Shown here in pieces: positions 1 to 8,624 of a stretch of 64,000 nucleotides of DNA. A program made the translations under genes and the position numbers. Below the pieces are notes generated by a model. It did not search any database. It had not been told where the DNA came from and saw only the letters and a list, made by a program, of their open reading frames with translations. The stretch's first letter is position 1, and every line of letters starts with the position of its first letter. The stretch is from positions 20,852 to 84,851 of the forward strand of contig JAIFWN010000001.1 of assembly GCA_019658995.1 (NCBI GenBank), in the 5' to 3' direction. The stretch comes from Candidatus Parcubacteria bacterium (GTDB taxonomy: Bacteria > Patescibacteriota > Minisyncoccia > Phycocordibacterales > Zambryskibacteraceae).

Positions 1-1
1 T

Positions 2-1264
2 GTATCCTCGGCGGCCGAAGTCCTTGCTTTATCTGGGACTAGTAATGGTGTAGGCCTAAGCTTCTACGATGATATCGGTGGCGGTAGCGTTAGAAACTGG
101 GCGATTATCAATGATAAAGTCGGTGCAGGTAGACTGGACTTCGCAGTCTCTGCTGCTTCGGGAGGGTCTCCGTACGCGGCCAATACCACAAAGCTGTATC
201 TGGATAAGACAGGAGAGGTGGGAATTACAGGCTTCCTGACTATTGGTATTGGTAGCACTGGGAATATTTTTACCTCCGATTTGGCCGGTCACATAGGTAT
301 TGGTACTACTACTCCGCAATGGCTCCTTCAGCTCGCCACCTCGACTGCACCCCAGCTAACCCTTTCTGATCCATCCTCACTCACAAATAATCACTGGTCG
401 CTCCGGAACGCGGCGGGCAGGTTCTATCTGGCGACTTCATCGCCAACGACTTTCGCTACCTCCACAGTTGCTTCCTTCTCTATTGATCAAAACGGCAAGG
501 TTTTCCTTAACTCAGGACTCGGTACCGGTGCGGGCGGGAACTATCTGTGTATTGATACAACTACCTACGAAGTGCTGAGGGGTAATGGCGTATCGTGCAC
601 AGCTTCGTCACAAAGGTTCAAGGAAAATATACAAGATCTCGGATACGGTCTCAACGAAATCTTAGCCCTCCGCCCAGTCTCTTATACATATAAGCCGGGA
701 ACGAATATGGGAGAGGGGACTAAGCTCGGTTTTATTGCCGAAGAAGTTCAGACCATACTCCCTGAAGTGGTTACTCTCGACAATCAAGGACAAGTCTTCG
801 GTCTCGATTACCCAGTATTCACTTCTGTACTCACCAAGGCCATACAAGAGTTGAACCAGAAGGTCATTGCAGTCGAGCTTAACCTCGCTAGCGCCTCGAC
901 CTCTCTGGCTATCTCAACTTCAACTCCCGGCTTTGCAGCCTCTGTCCTTGAAGCCTTGGGAGCGACTGTCCAGGATGCGGTGCTCTATATAAAGCATCTG
1001 GTAGTTGATACTCTCACCGCCAAGGACGGCGTGGTTATATATGATCGCGTGACCGGCCAGCCTGTCTGTACCGTTTCGGAAAACGGAGTGCTGAAATCTT
1101 ACCCGGGTGATTGCTCGGTATTGCCACCAGTGCCGATACCGGCATATACCCCTCCTCCGCCCGATCCATCGGCTTCTACTACACCTCCGGACGATTCGAG
1201 CGCGACAACCACTCCGCCCGCAACTCCGCCTGATGAACCGACTGCAACATCTACGGAGCCATGA
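2..1264 (+). CDS. C-terminal part of a tail-fibre-like repeat surface protein; 5' end lies upstream of the window. Contains a GIGTTTP repeat, a C-terminal peptidase S74 intramolecular chaperone domain, and a Pro/Thr-rich tail.
   Basis: The frame is open from nt 2 with no upstream stop. Translation shows HIGIGTTTPQWLL repeats and NYLCIDTTTYEVLRGNGVSCTASSQRFKENIQDLGYGLNEILALRPVSYTYKP...GFIAEEVQTILPEVVTLDNQGQVFGLDYPVFTSVLTKAIQELNQKV. This matches the endosialidase/tail-spike C-terminal intramolecular chaperone (Peptidase_S74) consensus. It is a paralog of the 1912-7788 product. Confidence 0.75.
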   Translation, partial: VSSAAEVLALSGTSNGVGLSFYDDIGGGSVRNWAIINDKVGAGRLDFAVSAASGGSPYAANTTKLYLDKTGEVGITGFLTIGIGSTGNIFTSDLAGHIGIGTTTPQWLLQLATSTAPQLTLSDPSSLTNNHWSLRNAAGRFYLATSSPTTFATSTVASFSIDQNGKVFLNSGLGTGAGGNYLCIDTTTYEVLRGNGVSCTASSQRFKENIQDLGYGLNEILALRPVSYTYKPGTNMGEGTKLGFIAEEVQTILPEVVTLDNQGQVFGLDYPVFTSVLTKAIQELNQKVIAVELNLASASTSLAISTSTPGFAASVLEALGATVQDAVLYIKHLVVDTLTAKDGVVIYDRVTGQPVCTVSENGVLKSYPGDCSVLPPVPIPAYTPPPPDPSASTTPPDDSSATTTPPATPPDEPTATSTEP

Positions 1265-1683
1265 TTTCAAAAAAAGTTATTTTGGCAATTGCTATATTTG
1301 CCGGAGTTCTATTTCTCAGAATGTTTGCGCTGGAAGGATTCTTGGTAAGAGGGGATTCAATGTCGCCGACGATTCTATCCGGGGACTATGTATTCATAAG
1401 CAAGCTGGCGTATAAATTCGGTAATCCGGAGCGCGGAGATATTATAGTGGCCATCACGCGTGACGGACAAAGACTTGTAAAGAGGATCGTGGGCCTTCCT
1501 GGCGAAGTAGTCAAGATTGGGGATTTTAAGACAAATGTCGATCCGGAGGAATATTTTGCCGTTGGAGATAATATTGGCAATAGCATAGACTCCCGCGAGC
1601 TAGGAGCGGTAGATACCTGGAGAGTGAAGGGCAGGGTATTCGGAGCCCTAAGGCTCTCTAAATTTGAATATCTAAGTTTCTAG
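1261..1683 (+). CDS. Short type I signal peptidase (LepB/SipS family, 140 aa) embedded between the two giant surface-protein genes.
   Basis: An N-terminal TM helix is followed by the SPase I boxes: GDSMSPT (catalytic Ser), KRIVGLPGE (catalytic Lys) and GDNIGNSIDSR. It overlaps the upstream stop by 4 nt (ATGA). Confidence 0.8.
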   Translation: MISKKVILAIAIFAGVLFLRMFALEGFLVRGDSMSPTILSGDYVFISKLAYKFGNPERGDIIVAITRDGQRLVKRIVGLPGEVVKIGDFKTNVDPEEYFAVGDNIGNSIDSRELGAVDTWRVKGRVFGALRLSKFEYLSF

Positions 1684-1869
1684 CCATTTTTCTAGTGTAG
1701 GTTTATTAAGGTTTAAGAGGGTCTTACCACTTACTTCAACCAGGCTAATTTGTATTGACTCCAAATATGAGCGTTAAACTCTAATAATGAAATTAATTTA
1801 AATTGAGTTCTCCACAGAAAATCAATAGCAGAGCTTCCATCTGAAATATATAATAAATACAACGTTTTT

Positions 1870-1898
1870 CTTTATCCGATATACCATATCGGGTAAAG
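1870..1898. promoter_or_regulatory. 13-bp near-perfect palindrome (ctttatccgatat-acc-atatcgggtaaag) in the leader 14 nt upstream of the giant gene start. It could be an operator or a 5'UTR hairpin.
   Basis: Read directly from the sequence: the arms are 1870-1882 and 1886-1898 with one mismatch. Confidence 0.35.
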
Positions 1899-1911
1899 AA
1901 ACCCGAAGAAC

Positions 1912-4900
1912 TTGGACAACAAAGAAGCACAAAATGTGCCGCAGGGTGATGGGTGGCTTTCGATGTCGGAGGCGGCTCTTCATACACCCTACAGTTCTGA
2001 GTATCTCTCACTCCTTGCCCGTAAAGGTAAAATCTCCGCAAAGAAGATAGACAACACTTGGTACACCACCAGAGATATTCTTGATTCGTATATGAAGAAG
2101 CAGATGCTTCTTGCTCAGGTGCAAAACGGCGATATCTCTCCCGATCACATATCGGCGCCGAAAATAATTCCAACGCAGGAATCTGTTCCTCTCAAAACTG
2201 TGCGCTCATACGCTGATGATAGTCGCGATTACGACAGCGAGATCGAGAAGCAGAACCACATAAAGTCCATCGAGAATGCGCTAGAAAGAGTCGTAGACAA
2301 AAAATTCGGAAGAGTGGAGAAGTACGAAAGCCTGGTATCGAAAAATTTTTCAGCATTTCGTGATGCATTCGGCAGCAAAGCTATTGTTGTTTCGACTCTC
2401 GTAATTATCGTTTTGTTCACGATCATCCCGATACCCTTCGCCTTCAGCTTTTTTGAAAAGGGTCTGGACTTCGTCAAAGAGCTTGCAAGCGATGCCAATA
2501 CCATAATGGGCTACCGTCCCGGCACCCATAAGAACGAAATACTCCTCCTCGACAAAGACGGAAACATTAGCATCTTTGGCCATATAGAATCACATGTGTC
2601 AAACGGTACTGCTCCGATAGTGGTGGACTCTAAGACCCAGGTGGACAACCTGAATGCGGAATATCTGAACGACATGCATGCGGCCGACTTCACCCTGGCC
2701 TTCGTAACGCAAAACGGCAATGTTACCTCTGAAGATGTAAAGCTAGATGGTACCGTCGAAGTTGGTAAGACACTTGTAGTTAGCGGCGCAACGAAACTCT
2801 TGTCAGCGCTTGAAGTCGGCGGCGGACTCAGGGTGTTCGGCGATGCGGAAATCGGCAAAGCTTTAAGAGTTGTAGGCCCTGCCAGCTTCGAGTCTCTGGT
2901 GACTGTAAAAAATAACCTGGCCGTACAGAGAAACGTTTCCATAAGAGGCGGCCTTGAGATCGGCTCCGGCATTGAGGCAAAATCTGCCGCTTTCAGCAGT
3001 GTCGGCGTATCCGGAACCGTATCGGCCGCTCTCGGTAAGTTTGTCTCCGCAATCATAGACGATATATCGGCGGGAGCGCTGACGGTCTCCTCGACTACGG
3101 CCACGAGTGCCGTAGTTACTAACCTGAACTCCGTCAACCTCACCGGAGCAAGTTCGAGTCTTGCATACTTGACCTTTGATCTGGCTACGGGGACGTCGGC
3201 TACGACGACGAATCTGTTCTCTACCTATCTCACGGCAAGCGGAGCTACCACTACCACTCTCTTTGTAAATAAATTCGATATCCAGCAGGTTACTAATGGC
3301 AGGACAGTTATAGATGCCCGGCGTGTTACAGACTCCGCGCCGTCAGGAGATTTTATTACCTATACCAACGCTGCCGGCAACACGGCCCTCTTCAGGGTAG
3401 ACAACTCAGGTAATATTTTTGCCGGCGGTATTACCAACTCCGGAGCTCTGACTATTACCTCTGCTGTCACTCCGCAGTTTAGGATTCAGTATGATCCGAC
3501 GAACGAAAATACCACTTCCGTTTCTTCAGCCGGAGTTACGACCTTCGGCTTCAACGGCACAACTCCCCGCGCCATATGGATGCCGCAGGCAAACGCAACC
3601 GGAACATTCCAGTTTCAAGATTCATCCGCCAATACTATTTTGGATATTGATACGACAAATCAGAGGGTGGGTATTGGTACGACATCTCCAGCCACCGCTC
3701 TTGATCTGGTTGGCATCGAGGGCATTACCAACGGATATTTGAATGTCTTGCCGGTAAATACGAGCACCTTCAATGCCTTTGCCCTGAAGGGGCGGAATCT
3801 ATCAGCCGGTTCGTCTGTCTCGGTGCCTTACTTCGTGCCTACCGGTACGAATACAAATCAGAAGCTGGCTCTGGACCTCTTGGTCCAAGGGACACCGACG
3901 GATACTGTTGAGCGAGGCGTAGCCTGGATTGATATCACAGATGCCAATGAGACGAACCTGAACTTGGGAAACTACGAAGCCTTAAGCATAGGCAAGTTCA
4001 TAAACGGCCGCGGCAATATCTCCATGGTCGCTGGCGGAACAGGCGTGGTCAGGGACTTGGTATTGCAGGCTGGCGGAGGCAGGGTCGGCATCGGCACGAC
4101 CACTCCTCCAGCGCTACTCTCCGTAAATGATCCGGCCGGAATTGACTCACTTTATATTGGCTCATCGACACCCAAGCTTATAGTCAAACATACTGGTCTC
4201 GTCGGTATTGGCACAGCGGCTCCAAACAAGAAGCTAGATGTGAAGGGCGACATAGCTATCACATCAAGTACTTCGCCGGCAGTGGGTTTGGAGAGATCGC
4301 GCATAAGCGTGTATGACAATGCCATCGAACGCGGCTATATATCCAACTATGTACCAGTTGGCGTGGGCGGGACGAACTTCTCCTCATGGCGCTTCACTGT
4401 GGCCAATAACAGCACACTCTCTGAAGCGATGACTATTGACTATACAGGCAACATCGGTATCGGGACGACCACGCCAATTTCGCTCCTGCATCTGAGCGCT
4501 TCGGTTGTCAACAGCGGACTAGGCACTCTGAGATTATCTCGCCCAGACGCTACCAAAGAGAACTTCATTCGCTTCGATACCAATAATAGTAATTCGCAGT
4601 GGCTTATAGGAATAGACGACAGTACTGGCCAGTCAAGCAATTTCGAGATTATTCCTAATCTAGGAAATTCTGTGTTTGACATAACCACTTTGGGCAACGT
4701 CGGCATCGGGACGACTACGCCGACGTACCGACTGGATGTCTTAAGCGGGACTGGTAATACTGGTACGGGTGGCCATGATGCGAACATTAATGCCCTAGCT
4801 GTGACTGGACCTGATCTGGTGCAGACTTCAGCAGGCGGAAACATCTTTGTAACAACCAATTCTGACTTTGCCATAGACAGAGGAGGATCGATCGGCTTTG

Positions 4901-7788
4901 GCGGCAGATATATAACCGGTTCGTCGAATGATCTGAGCTTCGCAAGCATTAAGGGAGCGAAGGAAAATTCTACCAGTGCGAACCAAAACGGCTATCTGGC
5001 TTTCGCTACCCGCAACAACAACACCGCTACCGCCGCAGAGAGGATGCGCATCGACTCCTCCGGCAACGTCGGCATAGGCACCACAAGCCCTCTTCACTTA
5101 TTGGATGTCAACAATTCTCAAACTACCAACACTGCGGCTGACAATGCTCTGGTGGTTATTCGTTCGGCCAATAGAAGCGCCACCTTACAACTTGACGCAA
5201 AAGCTGGAACGGCATTTGGCGGAATTTCTTTTGCCGATACTGGAGTAGAAAAAGGCAGAATCCAGCTCTCCAACAGCAATTACAGTATGAACTTCCTGAC
5301 CAATGGAACTGAATGGATGACGATCACTTCTACAGGCAACGTCGGTATCGGGGCGACCAATCCGACGAGCGGCAAGCTGCATATGCAGACAACTAGCGCA
5401 GACGATACTCTATATATAGAGACAGTCACCTCCGGAAACCCGATACTATCACTCTCGGCGGCCGGAGTTGGAGGGACACAGCTGTATCAAGATAGAACCT
5501 CAAACTCCTTCCGCATTAAGGCCGAAGGCGGTGCGGATCGTTTAACCATAACTTCTGCCGGAAATGTCGGCATCGGGACGACGACGCCGGGTAGCTTAGG
5601 TTCCGGCGGTACCAGGACTGATCTCCAAATCCATAATGCAGGTACTGATACTACATCCTTCGGCAACCTGATGCTCTCTTCTGGTGCGACTGGCGCCGAC
5701 TCCATCATGGGAGCAATCCAGTTTGGTAGTGCGGGTATCACTGGGTCAGTTGCCCAGAGGACGGCCTTTATTGCCTCTAACAAAGAGTTTGCTAGTGCGA
5801 GCGACCCGGGTGGAAATTTGCGTTTCGCCACTACACTTACAGGTTCGGGCTCTGCTCCGACCGAGAGGATGCGTATAACCAGCTCTGGCAATGTCGGAGT
5901 GGGTACCACGTCTCCGGCTCAACTATTGTCCGTAGGTGGATCGCTTTTCATAGGAGCTTCAGCGGCAGGTGGTACGAGCGGTGGGCTCGGAGTTGGTGTA
6001 GTCAATACGAGTGCGGGAAGTATCGTGACAACAGGTACCGTCTCGGTTGGCAATACCATAAATCTTGGCGGAACCACCGCTCCGAGCGGACTCTTATCAT
6101 GGTCTGGAGCGTCTCCGCTATTGCGCGCTGCGGTTGGCGGGAGTATCAACCTCCAATCAGATAACAACTCCAAGCAGTGGAACTTCGCGGCGGATGGCAG
6201 TACTACGTTTCCTACCGGTGCAGTTTCCGGTATCACCACACTCAGCACCACAGGTTCGATATCGGCAGTAGCTGGTGGCGGAGTCAACATAACGGTTGAC
6301 AGCGACGCTGCCGGAAGCGGATTCAAGCTCAATCGCCTTGGTGCTGAACGCTGGAGCATCAGAAATATCGAAGCAAGTAATTTCCTGGGCTTCTTTGATC
6401 ACCGCGGAACACCGGATTATCGCATGGTGATCAAGGATATTACGGGTTTCGTAGGCATCGGTACTACTACGCCCAACGCCTTACTCAACATTGTTGGAAG
6501 CTCTTCAACTACGAGTCCGCAATTTAGTATCAACTCAAACGGCCTCATCGGCGACAGTGCAGCTTTGATGGTGAATCAGCGCGCCAAGTTCGGCTATGAC
6601 GGTCTACGAAGTGCGGTTTTCATTGATGATGTTGCTACTAATAAACATATTGTCTTCGACACCAACGGATCAGAAAAAATGCGCATTACCCGCACGGGAG
6701 AAGTCGGTATTGGTACAAGTACTCCGCAGGCTGCGCTCGAGGTCAATGGTTCTGTCAGACTAGCAACAGGGATCCTAATACAGAGGACAGCGGGTAGTCC
6801 GGCAAGTTACGCCATTATGAATATTCGAGGCGCGGCCGAGGCCTCGAACTTTGGCAATGCTCTTGGCAACGGGGCGGTGGAAATTTCCGAATTCACCACT
6901 GCAGGCATTATCCTTGGTACGAATAGTGCTAAGCCATTAGCCTTTGGCACGGCCAATACTGAGAGGATGAGGATCGAATCTGGCGGCACTATCAAACTGA
7001 GTTCCGCTCTCGGCACTGGTACCGGGGGCAACTACTTATGTATCGATACCACCACCTTTGAAGTTCTCCGCGGTAACGGTGCGGCATGTACTGCTTCGTC
7101 ACTCCGGTTCAAGGAAAATATAAATGACCTGAACTATGGCCTAGACGAGGTGCTCGCACTACGCCCAGTCTCTTATAATTACAAACCCGAAACCAATATG
7201 GGTTCGGGGGTCAAGCTGGGCTTCATCGCCGAAGAAATGAAGCTCGTGATACCGGAAGTGGTAACGGTTGATAATAACGGCCAGACATTCGGTCTCGATT
7301 ATCCGGTACTGACGTCCGTCCTTACAAAGGCTATTCAGGAACTGAATACTAAAGTGGTGGAGCTCGCTGCAGCGCTCAGTGATCTCGGCGCTACCATCGT
7401 GGATGGAGTCACGCACTTTGCTCGCCTGGCTGTAGAAAATCTATCCGTTGATGCACTCACGTTAGGAAAGCCTGAGAAGCCGGCCGGCATCACCATATAC
7501 GACGAGGCTAATGGAGCACCATTCTGCATAAAGGTGGTCAGCGGTCAGACTGTAACTGTACCTGGTGAGTGTGGCTCTGCTGCGCTCGTAGCAGGCGGCG
7601 GTCCGACCGTCACGATCTTTACACCGGTCGAAATTATCGAACCTACGCCCGGGCTTGAAGCTTCAACCACATTGCCTGTAATCGAGCCAGCGGCGACCTC
7701 CACGCCCGAAACTGCTTCGAGCACTCCGCCGGCTGATCCGGAGCCAGTGCCCCTGACGAGCGCCTCTACGACATCCGATACTATATAA
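1912..7788 (+). CDS. Giant (1958 aa) tail-fibre-like surface protein. It has an N-terminal excisionase-type HTH-like segment, one TM anchor, about 11 GxVGIGTTxP repeats, a C-terminal peptidase S74 intramolecular chaperone domain, and a Pro/Thr/Ser-rich tail.
   Basis: The ORF is 5877 nt. The N-terminus LSMSEAALHTPYSSEYLSLLARKGKISAKKIDNTWYTTRDILDSY resembles an HTH_17/excisionase fold. A TM helix (AIVVSTLVIIVLFTIIPIPFAFSFF) follows. The repeats read MRI(D/T)SSGNVGIGTT(S/T)P..LL(D/S)V. The C-terminus NYLCIDTTTFEVLRGNGAACTASSLRFKENINDLNYGLDEVLALRPVSYNYKP...GFIAEEMKLVIPEVVTVDNNGQTFGLDYPVLTSVLTKAIQELNTKV is the S74 CIMCD. Confidence 0.8.
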   Translation: MDNKEAQNVPQGDGWLSMSEAALHTPYSSEYLSLLARKGKISAKKIDNTWYTTRDILDSYMKKQMLLAQVQNGDISPDHISAPKIIPTQESVPLKTVRSYADDSRDYDSEIEKQNHIKSIENALERVVDKKFGRVEKYESLVSKNFSAFRDAFGSKAIVVSTLVIIVLFTIIPIPFAFSFFEKGLDFVKELASDANTIMGYRPGTHKNEILLLDKDGNISIFGHIESHVSNGTAPIVVDSKTQVDNLNAEYLNDMHAADFTLAFVTQNGNVTSEDVKLDGTVEVGKTLVVSGATKLLSALEVGGGLRVFGDAEIGKALRVVGPASFESLVTVKNNLAVQRNVSIRGGLEIGSGIEAKSAAFSSVGVSGTVSAALGKFVSAIIDDISAGALTVSSTTATSAVVTNLNSVNLTGASSSLAYLTFDLATGTSATTTNLFSTYLTASGATTTTLFVNKFDIQQVTNGRTVIDARRVTDSAPSGDFITYTNAAGNTALFRVDNSGNIFAGGITNSGALTITSAVTPQFRIQYDPTNENTTSVSSAGVTTFGFNGTTPRAIWMPQANATGTFQFQDSSANTILDIDTTNQRVGIGTTSPATALDLVGIEGITNGYLNVLPVNTSTFNAFALKGRNLSAGSSVSVPYFVPTGTNTNQKLALDLLVQGTPTDTVERGVAWIDITDANETNLNLGNYEALSIGKFINGRGNISMVAGGTGVVRDLVLQAGGGRVGIGTTTPPALLSVNDPAGIDSLYIGSSTPKLIVKHTGLVGIGTAAPNKKLDVKGDIAITSSTSPAVGLERSRISVYDNAIERGYISNYVPVGVGGTNFSSWRFTVANNSTLSEAMTIDYTGNIGIGTTTPISLLHLSASVVNSGLGTLRLSRPDATKENFIRFDTNNSNSQWLIGIDDSTGQSSNFEIIPNLGNSVFDITTLGNVGIGTTTPTYRLDVLSGTGNTGTGGHDANINALAVTGPDLVQTSAGGNIFVTTNSDFAIDRGGSIGFGGRYITGSSNDLSFASIKGAKENSTSANQNGYLAFATRNNNTATAAERMRIDSSGNVGIGTTSPLHLLDVNNSQTTNTAADNALVVIRSANRSATLQLDAKAGTAFGGISFADTGVEKGRIQLSNSNYSMNFLTNGTEWMTITSTGNVGIGATNPTSGKLHMQTTSADDTLYIETVTSGNPILSLSAAGVGGTQLYQDRTSNSFRIKAEGGADRLTITSAGNVGIGTTTPGSLGSGGTRTDLQIHNAGTDTTSFGNLMLSSGATGADSIMGAIQFGSAGITGSVAQRTAFIASNKEFASASDPGGNLRFATTLTGSGSAPTERMRITSSGNVGVGTTSPAQLLSVGGSLFIGASAAGGTSGGLGVGVVNTSAGSIVTTGTVSVGNTINLGGTTAPSGLLSWSGASPLLRAAVGGSINLQSDNNSKQWNFAADGSTTFPTGAVSGITTLSTTGSISAVAGGGVNITVDSDAAGSGFKLNRLGAERWSIRNIEASNFLGFFDHRGTPDYRMVIKDITGFVGIGTTTPNALLNIVGSSSTTSPQFSINSNGLIGDSAALMVNQRAKFGYDGLRSAVFIDDVATNKHIVFDTNGSEKMRITRTGEVGIGTSTPQAALEVNGSVRLATGILIQRTAGSPASYAIMNIRGAAEASNFGNALGNGAVEISEFTTAGIILGTNSAKPLAFGTANTERMRIESGGTIKLSSALGTGTGGNYLCIDTTTFEVLRGNGAACTASSLRFKENINDLNYGLDEVLALRPVSYNYKPETNMGSGVKLGFIAEEMKLVIPEVVTVDNNGQTFGLDYPVLTSVLTKAIQELNTKVVELAAALSDLGATIVDGVTHFARLAVENLSVDALTLGKPEKPAGITIYDEANGAPFCIKVVSGQTVTVPGECGSAALVAGGGPTVTIFTPVEIIEPTPGLEASTTLPVIEPAATSTPETASSTPPADPEPVPLTSASTTSDTI

Positions 7789-7797
7789 TAGAGCGCA

Positions 7798-8262
7798 ATG
7801 GAAAGAGACAGCATTAAAGAGTTTTTCCAAAAGAAGGCCGAGGAAGAACGCAGTAACAGCCTTATGCCGGTTTTAGAACACCGTAAGGAGGAGATTAAGA
7901 GGTCTGAGGTGGAGAAAGACCGTAGCCAAAATCTCAAGCAGGCTTCTGTAATATGGCTCGGAGCCATAGCAGCATGTACGCTCATAGTTTACGGAGGTTC
8001 GATGATCTTCGACAGGTATAAGATGATTACCGATAACAGTCCGGCAAGTATAGTGGCCCAGGTGGGGAGAGTGGTGGATCTGCCGAAGGATGAAATGCCA
8101 ACTATCGCCACAATAACTACTATGGAAAATCTTCGCGACCAGCCTTTCTTCAAGGATGCCATGGTAGGGGACAAGGTTATTGTCTTCAATAATTCCAGAA
8201 AGGCCATACTCTACCGGCCCGGAACGAAGAAGGTCATAGGAGTCGCAACCCTTTCGGAATAA
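7798..8262 (+). CDS. Hypothetical membrane-anchored protein (154 aa): charged N-terminus, one TM helix, then an extracytoplasmic domain.
   Basis: The ORF lies directly downstream of the giant gene. The TM helix is ASVIWLGAIAACTLIVYGG. I recognise no family. Confidence 0.4.
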   Translation: MERDSIKEFFQKKAEEERSNSLMPVLEHRKEEIKRSEVEKDRSQNLKQASVIWLGAIAACTLIVYGGSMIFDRYKMITDNSPASIVAQVGRVVDLPKDEMPTIATITTMENLRDQPFFKDAMVGDKVIVFNNSRKAILYRPGTKKVIGVATLSE

Positions 8263-8281
8263 CGTATTTGGTGGTATAATA

Positions 8282-8579
8282 ATGGGGATGCCGGATAACC
8301 GCTCCGACGCAAGTCGGGGAGGAAAGTCCGAACATTCGGTTGTCTGTGTCCGCAATTGCGCATAGACAACAAGGGTAGCAGGTAACGCCTGCCGAGAGTA
8401 ATCTTAGAGGTGAGAACAGAAACGATCCGGTTAAGTCCGGCTGAAACGGCAAAATCCTTACCTGAATGCAAGGCCGTGCTCTGGAAGCAATTTCAGAGAG
8501 TGCCGCTAGAGGGCGTACGCGAGTACGCTCCCAGATAAATGGTTATCGATCACAAAATTCGGCTTATAGGCATCCATAA
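8282..8579 (+). ncRNA. rnpB: RNase P RNA (bacterial type A-like).
   Basis: There is no ORF here. The conserved P4 strands are present: GGGAGGAAAGUCCG near the 5' end and ACAAAAUUCGGCUUAUAGG near the 3' end (CR-I/CR-V). The P1 helix pairs ggatgcc (8286-8292) with ggcatcc (8569-8575). An intrinsic terminator follows. Confidence 0.85.
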
Positions 8580-8610
8580 AGCTCCTCTCACGAGGAGCTT
8601 TATGTTTGTG
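8578..8610 (+). terminator. Rho-independent terminator after rnpB.
   Basis: The hairpin is agctcctc-tcac-gaggagct (8580-8599), followed by the T-rich stretch ttatgtttgtg. Confidence 0.6.
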
Positions 8611-8624
8611 ATAAAATATCGAAC

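Noticed and set aside
1684-1869. Promoter for the giant gene (TTGACT at 1755)
   Set aside because: No acceptable -10 hexamer lies at 16-19 nt spacing. The region is AT-rich and promoter-like, but I could not place the elements confidently.
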